Source: Bacillota bacterium
GTDB lineage: Bacteria > Bacillota > Limnochordia > Darwinibacteriales > DTU012
NCBI GenBank assembly: GCA_012520795.1
Contig: JAAYNP010000031.1
Location: 30,771 to 94,770, forward strand
Length of the DNA: 64,000 nucleotides
Reading direction: 5' to 3'
Below are positions 30,596-41,081 of this stretch, one piece after another. The notes under the pieces are model-generated. The model searched no databases and was not told the origin of the DNA. It worked only from the letters and a program-made list of their open reading frames with translations. How positions within the stretch are numbered: position 1 is the stretch's first letter; each line of letters opens with the position of its first letter. Position numbers and translations under genes: made by a program.

Positions 30596-30880
30596 TTAGA
30601 CTTGCATCCTCATAATTTCCTGATAAGCCTCAATGATCTTTTTCCTGATTGCTATGGTAAGCTGCAGTGCCAGATTGGCCTTCTCGGCAATAATGACTGC
30701 ATTATGAATGTCAATTTCTCCCTTTGCCAACAACAAGCCAGCTTGTTCTGCCTGATTAAGCTGATCGTTTACCGACACCAACGCAGACTTGATCAGTTCG
30801 CCAAAACCCGGTTGGTCAAGCTTCCTCGCAGATGACTTGGGCATTTGACTGATGCGGCCGACCTCACTCTCAATCCTCAC
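30596..30880 (-). CDS. fliE: flagellar hook-basal body protein FliE
   Basis: 94 aa; the C-terminus ...NAVIIAEKANLALQLTIAIRKKIIEAYQEIMRMQV is a FliE signature. Confidence 0.85.
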   Translation of the reverse strand: MRIESEVGRISQMPKSSARKLDQPGFGELIKSALVSVNDQLNQAEQAGLLLAKGEIDIHNAVIIAEKANLALQLTIAIRKKIIEAYQEIMRMQV

Positions 30881-30897
30881 TTGTCATACCCCCTCCC

Positions 30898-31326
30898 CTA
30901 CCCGCGCCCGATGTCAAGGGCTTTCATAGCCATCGATTTTGCGGCATTGATGGCTGTGATATTGGCTTCGTACGCTCTGGTGGCACTGATCAGGTCCACC
31001 ATTTCTGAAATCACATTCACATTGGGCATTTGCACGTAACCGTCACTGTCTGCATCCGGATGCTGTGGATCGTATACCAACCTTGGCGCAGATGGGTCTT
31101 CGACAATTCCCGCAACCCTAACGCCGCCGCCAATCTTGAATCGCTGCCGGCGATCGGGTTCCACAGAAGAAAAGACTACCATCTGCCTGCGATACGGACC
31201 GCCTTGCTCTGTACGGACTGTGTTGGCATTTGCCAAATTATTGGCTATGGTATCCATACGAACTCGCTCTGCAGTCAAACCAGAACCACTGATTCTAAAT
31301 GAATCAAACAGACCCATACCTGTCAT
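30898..31326 (-). CDS. flgC: flagellar basal-body rod protein FlgC
   Basis: 142 aa; the rod N-terminal motif and the C-terminus ...ATRAYEANITAINAAKSMAMKALDIGRG are FlgC signatures. Confidence 0.95.
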   Translation of the reverse strand: MTGMGLFDSFRISGSGLTAERVRMDTIANNLANANTVRTEQGGPYRRQMVVFSSVEPDRRQRFKIGGGVRVAGIVEDPSAPRLVYDPQHPDADSDGYVQMPNVNVISEMVDLISATRAYEANITAINAAKSMAMKALDIGRG

Positions 31327-31712
31327 CTCCCTTCTCCGATTACGAGTCTCAAGTAACCCAAGTTTCTGCTGATGACATCGGCCATCGCCTGGTAATGCAG
31401 CTGATTTTCCAAAAGCATGACCATTTCCCGGTCAACATCGACATTGCTGCCATCATTACGAATAGAAGTGGAATTGTCCTGAACAATCCGGAGCCCTCCA
31501 CTGCGCCTCCGGGTTACGGCAATGTGTCTCGGATGGGTTGCAGCAATGGGCATGGATGAGGATTGCTGAAAGAGGTTCGAAAAATCTACATCACTGCGTT
31601 GAAAATGTGGTGTGTTGGCATTCGCAAGGTTATTGCTTAAGACCTTGTGACGTAAATTGGCTGCGTCCAGGCCATTGGTGACCAGATCAACAAACTTGAA
31701 CATAACCTTCAT
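31323..31712 (-). CDS. flgB: flagellar basal-body rod protein FlgB
   Basis: 129 aa, first gene of the fla operon, preceded by GGAGGA. Confidence 0.9.
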   Translation of the reverse strand: MKVMFKFVDLVTNGLDAANLRHKVLSNNLANANTPHFQRSDVDFSNLFQQSSSMPIAATHPRHIAVTRRRSGGLRIVQDNSTSIRNDGSNVDVDREMVMLLENQLHYQAMADVISRNLGYLRLVIGEGR

Positions 31713-31794
31713 CCTCCAACAAAATGGATATTTATGGCATATAGTTCTACAATTGCATCAAGAATCCTTTAAAAACGCGAACAATTATTATTAC

Positions 31795-31840
31795 AAGATC
31801 AAAAAAAAGAGCCGCACAAAATTGGGCTGCTCCACTCAAA
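31795..31840 (-). terminator. probable intrinsic terminator after codY followed by the flgB promoter region (approx)
   Basis: On the minus strand a GC-rich stem (GAGCAGCC...GCGGCTC) is followed by a T8 run about 40 nt after the codY stop. An AT-rich segment with weak -35/-10 candidates follows before the flgB RBS. Confidence 0.45.
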
Positions 31841-31868
31841 CAGGTGCTCTGTCGTATCCAAAAAGGTA

Positions 31869-32648
31869 CTAACGGGCCCGATGTTTGGCTAGCTCTTCCA
31901 GGAAATACTCATTGAGTACCCGAATATATGTCCCTTTCATGCCGAGCGATCTGGACTCGATCGCTCCCGCACTTTCCAGTTTGCGCAATGCATTAACGAT
32001 CACTGAACGGGTTATCCCTACACTGTCCGCAATTTTGCTCGCTACCAAAAGACCCTCTTCACCGTCAAGTTCGTCAAAAATGTGTTCAACTGCTTCTTGC
32101 TCTGAAAACGACAAGGTGCCAATTGCAATCTGGCAAGCTGCTTTCTTGCGAACTTCGTCCTCAATCTGATCTGATCTTGCCCTGACGATTTCCATTCCTA
32201 CAACAGTTGCGCCGTATTCCGCAAGGATCAAATCATCATCGGAAAATTCGCTGTCCAGTTTAGCCAGGATCAGAGTCCCCAGCCGCTCGCTGCCGCCGGC
32301 AAGCGGTACGATGGTGATGGTTTTATCAGCAAAAGGGCTGATTGCTTCCGAGGTATGGACAACTTGCTGCCCTTTTTGATTGGCGCTGGTTACATCAACT
32401 TTAAGCAATTCCTGATTGTAATCAGAAGCCAAAGTGCCAATAGCGAGCATTTCATCTTCCATGACACTGGTTCCATGCGGCTCATAGACGGCGGAACCTA
32501 ACAGCTTGCCTTTTCTGTCAAAAACATAAACATTCGTTTCAACGGCATCAGACAGCACTTCAGCTATATGATTGAGATCCACCTCATAACCTACAGATTG
32601 TTGAATAGATCTACTGATCATTCTGGTTTTCTCCAATAAATTAGTCAT
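31869..32648 (-). CDS. codY: GTP-sensing pleiotropic repressor CodY
   Basis: 259 aa with an N-terminal GAF-like domain and the C-terminal winged HTH ASKIADSVGITRSVIVNALRKLESAGAIESRSLGMKGTYI. hslU-codY synteny. Confidence 0.95.
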   Translation of the reverse strand: MTNLLEKTRMISRSIQQSVGYEVDLNHIAEVLSDAVETNVYVFDRKGKLLGSAVYEPHGTSVMEDEMLAIGTLASDYNQELLKVDVTSANQKGQQVVHTSEAISPFADKTITIVPLAGGSERLGTLILAKLDSEFSDDDLILAEYGATVVGMEIVRARSDQIEDEVRKKAACQIAIGTLSFSEQEAVEHIFDELDGEEGLLVASKIADSVGITRSVIVNALRKLESAGAIESRSLGMKGTYIRVLNEYFLEELAKHRAR

Positions 32649-32683
32649 GTCAAAACAACCTCCAATTTTGATTTCGAATTTTG

Positions 32684-34078
32684 CTACAGAATATACCTAC
32701 TTAAATCCCTGTCAGCTACAATTGGGCCAAGCTCTCTGTGGATATATTCCTGGTCAATCACAACGCTTCTGGGAGTTTGATCCGCTTCAAACATCAAGCT
32801 TTCCAGCAAGCGTTCCATGATCGTATGTAATCTGCGCGCACCAATATCTTCCGTATTCCCATTGACTTCCTCTGCAAACTGGGCTATTGCATCAATGCCA
32901 TCGCTGGTGAATTCCAGCTCGACACTTTCGGTTTTCAGTAATGCAGAATACTGTTTAATTAGTGCATTCTCCGGCTCAGTCAGAATCCGTTTGAAATCCT
33001 CCCGTTTCAAACTGGACAGTTCAACCCTGATTGGGAACCTCCCCTGCAGTTCCGGAATCAAATCTGACGGCTTGGCGATATGAAATGCCCCCGCTGCAAT
33101 AAAGAGAATGTGATCGGTTCTAACGGGCCCGTATTTTGTCATTACCGTTCCACCTTCAACAATGGGTAGAATATCCCGCTGCACACCCTCTCGGGAAACA
33201 TCAGGGCCCATTTGACTGGATTTCCCTGCAATTTTGTCAATTTCATCAATAAATACGATGCCCATCTGTTCACACCTGGTAACGGCTTCAGCAGCAATTG
33301 AGTCAATATCGATCAGCTTATCCGCTTCCTCTTGAGTGAGAATCCTCAATGCTTCTTTTACAGTTGTACGCCGTCTGTGCCTCCGTTTCGGCAGCATACC
33401 GCCGAGAGCGTCCTGAATACTCATGGTCAAGTCTTCCATTCCCATACTGGAAAAGACTTCAAAGAATTGGCCGGGCTGGTCTTCCACTTCAATCTCAACC
33501 ATAGTATTGTCCAATTCTCCTAGTTCTAGAAGCTTGCGGTAACGCAGCCGTTCATTCTTCAACTCCTGAAGCCTTTCCTCAGATATTTCAGCCAGATCAC
33601 CCGCAGGCTGGCGCTGGCCCATACCAAACATCACCCCGAAGGGATTGGCACGTTTCTCACTTCCCGGTATAGGTACCAGGATACTAAGAATCCGTTCTTT
33701 AGCGGCAGCCCGTGCCCTATTCTCAACCGCTGTGAATTTCTCAGCTTTAACCATCCTGATTGCTGATTCGACCAAATCGCGCACGATGGACTCCACATCT
33801 CTGCCGACATATCCGACCTCAGTGAACTTAGTAGCTTCAACCTTGATAAACGGTGCGTTCGCCAGCTTCGCCAAACGCCTGGCAATCTCAGTCTTGCCTA
33901 CGCCGGTAGGGCCGATCATCAGAATGTTTTTTGGGATGATTTCATCACGGAGTTCATCCGGCAGCCTGCTGCGGCGATACCGGTTGCGCAAGGCAATTGC
34001 TACAGCCCTCTTTGCTTCTTCCTGTCCTACTATATACTTGTCGAGGTGCTCGACAATTTCCTTAGGAGTCAACTCCAT
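32684..34078 (-). CDS. hslU: ATP-dependent protease ATPase subunit HslU (ClpY)
   Basis: [23 protein letters not shown] followed by Walker [16 protein letters not shown]. The track's upstream start at 34117 would overlap hslV more, so I prefer the start at 34078. Confidence 0.93.
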   Translation of the reverse strand: MELTPKEIVEHLDKYIVGQEEAKRAVAIALRNRYRRSRLPDELRDEIIPKNILMIGPTGVGKTEIARRLAKLANAPFIKVEATKFTEVGYVGRDVESIVRDLVESAIRMVKAEKFTAVENRARAAAKERILSILVPIPGSEKRANPFGVMFGMGQRQPAGDLAEISEERLQELKNERLRYRKLLELGELDNTMVEIEVEDQPGQFFEVFSSMGMEDLTMSIQDALGGMLPKRRHRRRTTVKEALRILTQEEADKLIDIDSIAAEAVTRCEQMGIVFIDEIDKIAGKSSQMGPDVSREGVQRDILPIVEGGTVMTKYGPVRTDHILFIAAGAFHIAKPSDLIPELQGRFPIRVELSSLKREDFKRILTEPENALIKQYSALLKTESVELEFTSDGIDAIAQFAEEVNGNTEDIGARRLHTIMERLLESLMFEADQTPRSVVIDQEYIHRELGPIVADRDLSRYIL

Positions 34079-34637
34079 CACCGGCTGCCTCCTTCTCGCT
34101 TGTGAGTTCCACAACATAGATTTGATCGTTTGTATAAACGCAGATACCGGCTGCTATTCCCAACGCCTCTCTGGCTATTTCTGCGGCCGGTAGACCAGAA
34201 TACGCCAGCAGCGCTTTTGCAGCCGCCAAAGCATAACCGCCGCCTGAACCAATGGCAATCACATCCTGATCAGGTTCGATGATATCCCCAGAACCGGAAA
34301 TGAGCAGGATTTTTTCCGCATCGGCAGCGATAATCAAGGCCTCAAGATTGCGAATAGCCCGGTCAGTACGCCATTCTTTGACCAATTCCACCGCTGCCCT
34401 TTCCAAATGCCCGTGAAATTCCTCCAGCTTGCCTTCAAACCTTTGAAACAAAGTAAAGGCATCTGCGGCCGCTCCCGCGAACCCTACCAGGACAGAGTTG
34501 TTGTACAGCTTGCGTATCTTTTTCGCCCGATGCTTGATTATTGTGTTTTCACCGAATGTAACTTGCCCGTCGCCGGCCATGGCAGTTTTCCCATCTCTGC
34601 GTACGGCAATAATGGTTGTGGCTTTAAATGGTTCCAT
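34062..34637 (-). CDS. hslV: ATP-dependent protease subunit HslV (ClpQ)
   Basis: [29 protein letters not shown] with the N-terminal Thr nucleophile; 191 aa. Confidence 0.95.
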   Translation of the reverse strand: MEPFKATTIIAVRRDGKTAMAGDGQVTFGENTIIKHRAKKIRKLYNNSVLVGFAGAAADAFTLFQRFEGKLEEFHGHLERAAVELVKEWRTDRAIRNLEALIIAADAEKILLISGSGDIIEPDQDVIAIGSGGGYALAAAKALLAYSGLPAAEIAREALGIAAGICVYTNDQIYVVELTSEKEAAGDGVDS

Positions 34638-34661
34638 TCTTCCCCTCCTCTATGCGCCGCG

Positions 34662-35546
34662 TTACGCCCGGGGGTGGGCGCGGTTATAGACTGATTTCAG
34701 TTTGCTTTGGCTTATTCGCGTGTAAATTTGGGTAGTAGACAGATTGACATGTCCCAATAATTCCTGAACCACCCGCAAGTCTGCCCCGGCATCAATCAGG
34801 TGAGTCGCAAAACTGTGCCGCAAGCTGTGAGGAGAAATCATTTTTGAGATTGCGCATTGATCAATATGTTTGTTTAAGAGATACTGGACTCCTCTTGGAG
34901 TCAGGCGTCTGCCCCGATGGTTGACAAACAGTGCATTTTCACCTGATTTACACAATTGTGGCCGCGCTTCAGCAAGATAAGACCCAATTGCTGCCACAGC
35001 ATATTCACCAAGCGGGACGATCCTCTCCCTGCGCCCTTTCCCATAGACACGGACATAACCCATGTCCAAATCCACTCCGTCAACGTTCAAACCTACCAAC
35101 TCACTGAGGCGGATTCCTGTGGCGTAAAGCAGCTCGAAAATCGCCCGGTCCCTCATTCCCAAAGGCGTGGACGGATCAATGCTGGACAGCAGCAGATCAG
35201 TTTCATCCACGGTCAGGATCTGAGGCAGCCGCTTGCCTTGCTTGGGAATCCGGATAGACTGCGTGGGATCGGCCTTGATATAGCCGAATCTTTTCAAAAA
35301 ACCGTAAAAGCTTCGCAGTGCGGCCAAATTCCGCGCGACACTTGTGCTTTTCAACCCTTTGCGGTGCAAAACGGCCAAGTAGTCCCGAATCAAGTGGCGG
35401 TCCACTTCCGTAAGGCACTTTTGCCAATACTGGCTTACAAAGTCTGAAAACGCTGTGAGGTCGCGCTGGTATGCCATGAGGGTATTATCAGACAAATTCC
35501 GCTGGACGCGCAGATATTGAAAGTAACGATCCAGAAGCTGTTTCAT
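34662..35546 (-). CDS. xerC: tyrosine recombinase XerC (CodV)
   Basis: C-terminal catalytic R...HxxR...Y motifs (...HSLRHSFATHL...LGHVNLSTTQIYT). It is upstream of hslV as codV is in Bacillus. I prefer the start at MKQLLDRYF. Confidence 0.85.
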   Translation of the reverse strand: MKQLLDRYFQYLRVQRNLSDNTLMAYQRDLTAFSDFVSQYWQKCLTEVDRHLIRDYLAVLHRKGLKSTSVARNLAALRSFYGFLKRFGYIKADPTQSIRIPKQGKRLPQILTVDETDLLLSSIDPSTPLGMRDRAIFELLYATGIRLSELVGLNVDGVDLDMGYVRVYGKGRRERIVPLGEYAVAAIGSYLAEARPQLCKSGENALFVNHRGRRLTPRGVQYLLNKHIDQCAISKMISPHSLRHSFATHLIDAGADLRVVQELLGHVNLSTTQIYTRISQSKLKSVYNRAHPRA

Positions 35547-35557
35547 CTTTTCTACCC

Positions 35558-37624
35558 CTATTCTCCGTCTTTTCCCGGGCATGCTTTGTTGCTGCAGACA
35601 GGTCTTGACTTCCTTGTCTTGATGACAAGGTTATGGCCACAGCTGGGGCACTTTTCTTGAACCGGCCTGTACCAGCTTGTAAACTCACAATCGGGATAGT
35701 TCGAGCACCCATAGAATACTCTGCCCTTTTTGGTTCTGCGTTCGACGATCTCACCATCTTTGCAGTAAGAGCAAGGTATTCCGATTGTCTTCAGCAGCGG
35801 CTTCGTGTTTTTGCATTCCGGGTAGTTCGGGCAAGCCAGAAACTTGCCAAACCTTCCATGCTTCACCACCATATAACTGCCGCACTTGTCGCACTGTTGA
35901 TCTGAAACCTCGTCCGGCAAATCAATTTTTTCCAAATTGCGGTTTGCTTTGTCCAACAGCTGCACGAATTCTTGGTAGAAGTGATCGATCACTTCGATCC
36001 ATTCCGCCCGGCCTGCCTCGATTTCATCAAGTTTTTGCTCCATCGATGCCGTGAAGTCCACGTCAATCAACTCTGCAAAGTTTTCTTTCAGAATGTCGAT
36101 GACCACTCTACCCAGTTCCGTGGGGACAAAACGCTTTTCCGTAAGCACGACATAGCCTCGGTGCTGGATTGTATCAATGGTTGGGGCAAAAGTACTGGGC
36201 CTGCCAATACCCTTTTCTTCCAACGCTTTAACGAGCATCGCCTCGGTATACCGGGGAGGCGGCTGTGTAAAGTGCTGGTTTAACTGCAGTTCTTGACAGG
36301 CAACGGCTTCGCCTTCAGCCAATTCAGGCAGCATGCCTGTCTGTTCTTCCTTATCATCACTACCTTCGATATAAATCTTGATAAAACCGGGAAACTTTAG
36401 CTGCGATCCTGTTGCCCTAAAAGTGTAGCCGTCCACCTGAATATCTGCTGAAACACTGTCTATGACAGCAGATTCCGTTTGGCTGGCAACAAAACGTTCC
36501 CATATTAAACGGTACAATCTCAGCTGATCCCGGTTAAGATAGGTTTTCAAACTGTCAGGTGTCCGCCACACATCAGTAGGCCGAATCGCCTCATGTGCAT
36601 CCTGGGCCTGTGACTTGGACTTGTAAAAATTGGGTTTTGCAGGGACATATGGTTTGCCATATATCTCTTCAATCAGCCGCCTGGCCTCGTTCAGCGCCTC
36701 GTCAGCCACTCGGACAGCGTCGGTGCGCATGTATGTAATTAACCCGACTGTGCCTTCTTTTCCAATGTCAAGGCCTTCATAAAGTTGTTGGGCAAGCCTC
36801 ATCGTCTTCCTAGGTGCAAAGTTCAGCTTCCGTGCAGCTTCCTGCTGCAGCGTACTGGTGGTAAACGGTGGTGAGGGATGCCGTTTTCGATCTTTACGGG
36901 AAACCTTGGTCACCACCCAAGGCAGCCCTTCGATGTCTTCTCTAACCCTTACGGCATCTGCTTCGGTCTTGAGCTCAATCTTTTTGTTGTTCCATTTGAC
37001 TAGTTTTGCTTCGAACTTGGATCCGGCCAAAGTTTGGAGCACACCAATGACTGACCAGTATTCCTCTGGTACAAAACCCTCGATTTCCGCTTCCCGATCA
37101 CAGATTAACCGGACGGCGACTGATTGCACGCGGCCGGCACTAAGGCCTCGCTTTACTTTGGCCCACAACAGTGGAGAAAGTTTATAGCCGACAATTCTGT
37201 CCAAAACCCGCCTTCCCTGCTGCGCTGCTACCAGATTCTCAGAAATATGGCGGGGATTTTTGATTGCATTGACCACTGCCTGCTTGGTTATCTCTCTGAA
37301 CTCGACCCGGCATTTCTCGCCGTCAAGTTCCAAAGCCTGAGCCACATGCCAGGCTATCGCTTCGCCCTCTCGATCCGGGTCAGTTGCCAAAAGGACACGA
37401 GCGCTTTTTTTTGCAGTCTTCTTTAACTCCTGCAGGATACTCCCTTTGCCCCGGATTGTAATATACTTTGGCTCATAATTGTTTTCGACATCTACACCAA
37501 ATTGACTGCGGGGCAAATCCCTAAGATGCCCCATGGTTGCCTTGACTGTGTATCTACTGCCCAAAAACCTCTTGATGGTTCTTGCCTTGGCCGGTGATTC
37601 AACTATGACCAGGGATGTTGCCAC
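35558..37624 (-). CDS. topA: DNA topoisomerase I
   Basis: 688 aa with GTG start, an N-terminal TOPRIM domain (LVIVESPAKARTI) and C-terminal Cys4 zinc ribbons. Confidence 0.95.
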   Translation of the reverse strand: MATSLVIVESPAKARTIKRFLGSRYTVKATMGHLRDLPRSQFGVDVENNYEPKYITIRGKGSILQELKKTAKKSARVLLATDPDREGEAIAWHVAQALELDGEKCRVEFREITKQAVVNAIKNPRHISENLVAAQQGRRVLDRIVGYKLSPLLWAKVKRGLSAGRVQSVAVRLICDREAEIEGFVPEEYWSVIGVLQTLAGSKFEAKLVKWNNKKIELKTEADAVRVREDIEGLPWVVTKVSRKDRKRHPSPPFTTSTLQQEAARKLNFAPRKTMRLAQQLYEGLDIGKEGTVGLITYMRTDAVRVADEALNEARRLIEEIYGKPYVPAKPNFYKSKSQAQDAHEAIRPTDVWRTPDSLKTYLNRDQLRLYRLIWERFVASQTESAVIDSVSADIQVDGYTFRATGSQLKFPGFIKIYIEGSDDKEEQTGMLPELAEGEAVACQELQLNQHFTQPPPRYTEAMLVKALEEKGIGRPSTFAPTIDTIQHRGYVVLTEKRFVPTELGRVVIDILKENFAELIDVDFTASMEQKLDEIEAGRAEWIEVIDHFYQEFVQLLDKANRNLEKIDLPDEVSDQQCDKCGSYMVVKHGRFGKFLACPNYPECKNTKPLLKTIGIPCSYCKDGEIVERRTKKGRVFYGCSNYPDCEFTSWYRPVQEKCPSCGHNLVIKTRKSRPVCSNKACPGKDGE

Positions 37625-37675
37625 GTCTTCACCTCCTACTTCTATGGTTGCCGAGGGATACCATGATTCTATACT

Positions 37676-37704
37676 ATTGTAGTAGTTTTATTTTGATAAT
37701 GCAA
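37676..37704 (-). promoter_or_regulatory. candidate sigma-A promoter for topA (approx)
   Basis: Minus strand TTGCAT-17nt-TACAAT lies about 45 nt upstream of the topA GTG, just downstream of the dprA stop. Confidence 0.35.
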
Positions 37705-37711
37705 ATCTTTG

Positions 37712-38767
37712 TTATAGTCTATGATTGCACCCTTGCTCTGATACACCTTCGATTTCCATCAATGTAATTGTGTTCTGCACCTGCTGGATCGGCAGGCCTG
37801 TCAATTCAACGATCCTCTGAGCTGAGTATCCTTGCAGGTAATATTTAAACACAAGTTGATCAGCATGGTCAAGATAATCCGCAATTCCTGTGGAGATTTC
37901 GGGAAAAGCAGTGAGGATGTCTTCCGGTGAATCTGCCAGGCCTGCGCCCTGCTTGATCAGTGCGTGAGTGCCTTTTCTGAGGGGATGGGCAATGTCGCCG
38001 GGGATTGCCCACACATCACGGCCGAGTTCCAGTCCTGCATCCACCGTCGACAGCGTTCCAGACTTCTGCCCTGCCTCCACAACCAGAATTGCCTTGGCAA
38101 GAGCAGCAATCACACGGTTGCGCAGAGGGAAAAGGCCGGGTGTGGTCCGGCTGCGGCTGGAAAATTCCGTAATAATACAGCCGCATGCCGCTATTTCCTG
38201 TGCAAGCCTGCGGTTTTCGGTAGGGTAAACGACATTGATCGGAGTGGCCATTACTGCAACTGTAGAGCCGTTGGCAGCCAAGGCACCGAGGTGCGCATGG
38301 GTGTCTATCCCCTGGGCCAACCCGCTGATTATCGGCAGCCCGTGACTGGCCAGCCTGTAGGCAAAGTTGTAGGCTTGGGTTTTGCCGGTTCGCGTAGCCT
38401 TACGAGAACCGATAACGGCTACCCCAGGTTGTGTAGGGAGTTTCCCTTGAATATACAGGACCAGAGGGGGATTGCTCAAATTGCGCAGACACTGGGGATA
38501 ATCTGTTTTATCAAGGATCGTAACTACTCTTGCTGAGTGGCTCTCAGCCCATTTTCGCTCTTGGATTGGATCGATATGTCCCCTTTGGTCCACAAACTGC
38601 CCTGCCAGTTTGGTTCCAATACCCCCAACCTGAATCAATTCCTTGTAGGGCGCATGCCATGCCTTTTCCAAGCTGCCAAAAGCTGCAACCAATGCTGTAA
38701 GCCTTCTTGAGCCGATCCCCTCTACCATGTTAAAGGCGACCAGGTAATCCTGCAGTTCCCAGTTCAC
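37712..38767 (-). CDS. dprA: DNA processing protein DprA (Smf)
   Basis: 351 aa Rossmann-like DprA domain (...VIGSRKATRTGKTQAYNFAYRLA...GIDTHAHLGAL...); dprA-topA synteny. Confidence 0.85.
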   Translation of the reverse strand: MNWELQDYLVAFNMVEGIGSRRLTALVAAFGSLEKAWHAPYKELIQVGGIGTKLAGQFVDQRGHIDPIQERKWAESHSARVVTILDKTDYPQCLRNLSNPPLVLYIQGKLPTQPGVAVIGSRKATRTGKTQAYNFAYRLASHGLPIISGLAQGIDTHAHLGALAANGSTVAVMATPINVVYPTENRRLAQEIAACGCIITEFSSRSRTTPGLFPLRNRVIAALAKAILVVEAGQKSGTLSTVDAGLELGRDVWAIPGDIAHPLRKGTHALIKQGAGLADSPEDILTAFPEISTGIADYLDHADQLVFKYYLQGYSAQRIVELTGLPIQQVQNTITLMEIEGVSEQGCNHRL

Positions 38768-38794
38768 CTCGGCTCCCTCCCTTCAATATTTCAT

Positions 38795-39031
38795 TCAATC
38801 ATCATCCTTGCCTAAAGACTGTTCAACAAGATTGTCCAAGATTTCCCGCAGTTCTTCCTCCCATTTCAATTGGTAAATCCTCAAATCAAGTTCATGGACA
38901 ATTGCCCCGGAGTTGCAGTTAGTACACACAATTCCGTAATTGACATCTTTATGGGCCCGGATGCTGTGTGGTGTATCTACGCCACAGATTGGACAATTGA
39001 ATATCCGTGTACTACCGATCTCAAAATCCAT
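38795..39031 (-). CDS. hypothetical zinc-ribbon protein (78 aa, CPIC...CTNC)
   Basis: Two CxxC pairs and an acidic C-terminus. It lies between dprA and the divergent comM. No family assigned. Confidence 0.4.
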   Translation of the reverse strand: MDFEIGSTRIFNCPICGVDTPHSIRAHKDVNYGIVCTNCNSGAIVHELDLRIYQLKWEEELREILDNLVEQSLGKDDD

Positions 39032-39153
39032 TCTGAACTCCTTCCCGTAAGGTCTCTCTGTTAGGATTCCATTTTCCCAGTACTTCTATGTTTGTGCAGG
39101 AATTTTCCTAATTTCGGAGTATTCCTAATATTAGGAGTTTAAAAGGAGGTTCA

Positions 39154-40614
39154 GTGATGATCAAAGTTTCCAGCGCTGCTGTTATTGGTATTGAAGCAGC
39201 TGCAGTTGATGTGGAAGTCGATATACGCCCGGGTCTGCCTGGATTTGAAATCGTTGGCCTGGCAGGCCAGGCTGTCAAGGAAAGCCGCGAGCGGGTCCGC
39301 TCAGCCCTTAAAAACTCTGGTTTCAACTACCCACTGCAGAAAATAGTGGTCAATCTGGCACCTGCTGATTTGAAAAAGAACGGCACCCTTTATGACCTGC
39401 CAATCGCTCTGGGAATTCTGGCAGGTATGGGCTGTATTTCCACAGAGCAGTTAAAGCGTTACGTCATTGTTGGAGAGCTATCTCTCAATGGCGAACTGAG
39501 GGGTGTCCCTGGCATGATCAGCATCGCTGAACTTGCGGCTCGGAATGGAAAACTGCTCCTGATCCCAGAGGATAACGGCCCTGAAGCAGCGGAAGTCACC
39601 AGGCGAGCCTACGCATTAAAGAGCTTAGCCATGGCATACGGCCTTTTATCCAATAATATCAATATTCTGCCAATTAAGCAACCAAAATTTTCCCCTCAGA
39701 AAACCAAACCTTTGCACCATACCATCATCAAAGGCCAAACCATTGCCAAGCGGATGTTGACAATAGCCGCCGCAGGACATCACCACGCATTATTGATCGG
39801 CCCTCCCGGTACAGGCAAAACCTTGCTGGCCCAGTCGGTGCATGGTTTACTGCCGCCGTTGACTCGGAGAGAAGCACTGGAAACGACGAAAATCTTCAGC
39901 TGCGCGGGCCTGCTGCCGCCCAGTTCGGGATTAGTGGCCTCTCGGCCACTGCGCATACCCCACCACAATATTACCAAAGCTGGACTATTAGGCGGCGGCA
40001 GCCAGATTAGGCCAGGTGAGGTTTCTCTTGCCCACAATGGTATTTTGATCCTGAATGAGCTGCTGGAATTCCGTCATGATGTACTCCAGGGTTTACGTGA
40101 ACCTCTTGAGTCACGGCAGATTACGATTGTCAGGGCTCACGAACGAATCAGTTATCCAACGAATTTTTTGTTGATCGCCACGACCAATGCCTGCCCTTGT
40201 GGATACCTTGGTGATCCGCATCATGAATGCCGCTGCACCCTCTCGGAAATCCGCAAGTATCAAAAGAAACTGATTGGGCCTTTGCTGGATAGGATTGATT
40301 TGTTTGCATTTCTGGAACCGGTGACAGCTGAGGATTACCAACATGAACCGGAACCGATCAAGGTTGATGCCAGCTTGTGCCACCGCAACGGCCTGCTGTC
40401 GGATGAAGAGGTGCAAGCACTTAAGCTTGCCCCAAACGTGCAGATTCTCCTTAAGAAGGCTTTTCAGAAACTAAAGCTGTCAGGCCGCGGATATTACAAG
40501 ACAATTCGGATAGCGAAGACCGTCGCCGAACTCGAAGGTAAAACAGAGATCCAACCTCAGCATGTAGCGGAAGCCCTGCGCTATCGCTGGGAGGCAGCAA
40601 GTATTTGGACCTAA
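39154..40614 (+). CDS. comM: Mg-chelatase-like AAA+ protein ComM/YifB
   Basis: The N-terminal Lon-like domain (VIGIEAAAVDVEVDIRPGLPGFEIVGLAGQAVKESRERVRSALKNSGF) is followed by AAA+ Walker A LLIGPPGTGKTLLAQ. AAGGAGG RBS. It is on the plus strand. Confidence 0.85.
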   Translation: MMIKVSSAAVIGIEAAAVDVEVDIRPGLPGFEIVGLAGQAVKESRERVRSALKNSGFNYPLQKIVVNLAPADLKKNGTLYDLPIALGILAGMGCISTEQLKRYVIVGELSLNGELRGVPGMISIAELAARNGKLLLIPEDNGPEAAEVTRRAYALKSLAMAYGLLSNNINILPIKQPKFSPQKTKPLHHTIIKGQTIAKRMLTIAAAGHHHALLIGPPGTGKTLLAQSVHGLLPPLTRREALETTKIFSCAGLLPPSSGLVASRPLRIPHHNITKAGLLGGGSQIRPGEVSLAHNGILILNELLEFRHDVLQGLREPLESRQITIVRAHERISYPTNFLLIATTNACPCGYLGDPHHECRCTLSEIRKYQKKLIGPLLDRIDLFAFLEPVTAEDYQHEPEPIKVDASLCHRNGLLSDEEVQALKLAPNVQILLKKAFQKLKLSGRGYYKTIRIAKTVAELEGKTEIQPQHVAEALRYRWEAASIWT

Positions 40615-41081
40615 TCATCCGGCCCCCACGCAAAGTCCTGTTTGACAATTTTCAAGACCAAAGAAGTGCCAGTGCTTAAGATCCACGGAATGTTGTTCAA
40701 TTTGGTGATTAAAAACTCCAACAAAGCATCATTGCTGGGAACTACGATTTCAATAATAACATCATACATTCCCGTGGCAACTGCAACATAACGGACTTCA
40801 GGCATTTTCTTCAAACGTTCAATGGTGTCATCAATCCGGCGCCGTTCAACGTTCAGTCCGACAATAGCCACAGTCTGCATGCCTACCTTTAGGGGATCAG
40901 TCACCCCAACTATTTCCAGCACCTTTTCATCAAGTAAGCGGGCAACCCTGCGGCGGATGGTTCCTTCGGCGAGGCCTAATTGGTTGGCAATCGTCAAAAA
41001 TGGTACGCGGCCATCGTTTTGGAGCAAATCAATAATCTTACGATCAATTTCATCGATTTCAACTCTTGGCACCGACTTCAC
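40611..41081 (-). CDS. Lrp/AsnC family transcriptional regulator
   Basis: 156 aa with the N-terminal HTH IDRKIIDLLQNDGRVPFLTIANQLGLAEGTIRRRV and a C-terminal RAM domain. Its stop overlaps the comM stop (convergent). Confidence 0.85.
   Translation of the reverse strand: MKSVPRVEIDEIDRKIIDLLQNDGRVPFLTIANQLGLAEGTIRRRVARLLDEKVLEIVGVTDPLKVGMQTVAIVGLNVERRRIDDTIERLKKMPEVRYVAVATGMYDVIIEIVVPSNDALLEFLITKLNNIPWILSTGTSLVLKIVKQDFAWGPDD

Noticed and set aside
34079-34117. Longer hslU start ([14 protein letters not shown]...)
   Set aside because: HslU homology begins at MELTPKEIV. The longer form adds 39 nt of overlap with hslV and has no conserved sequence.
34662-35582. xerC as a mobile-element integrase
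   Set aside because: It sits in the conserved topA-xerC(codV)-hslVU-codY context of Firmicutes. It has no flanking repeats, attachment sites or cargo. It is chromosomal dimer resolution, not a mobile element.
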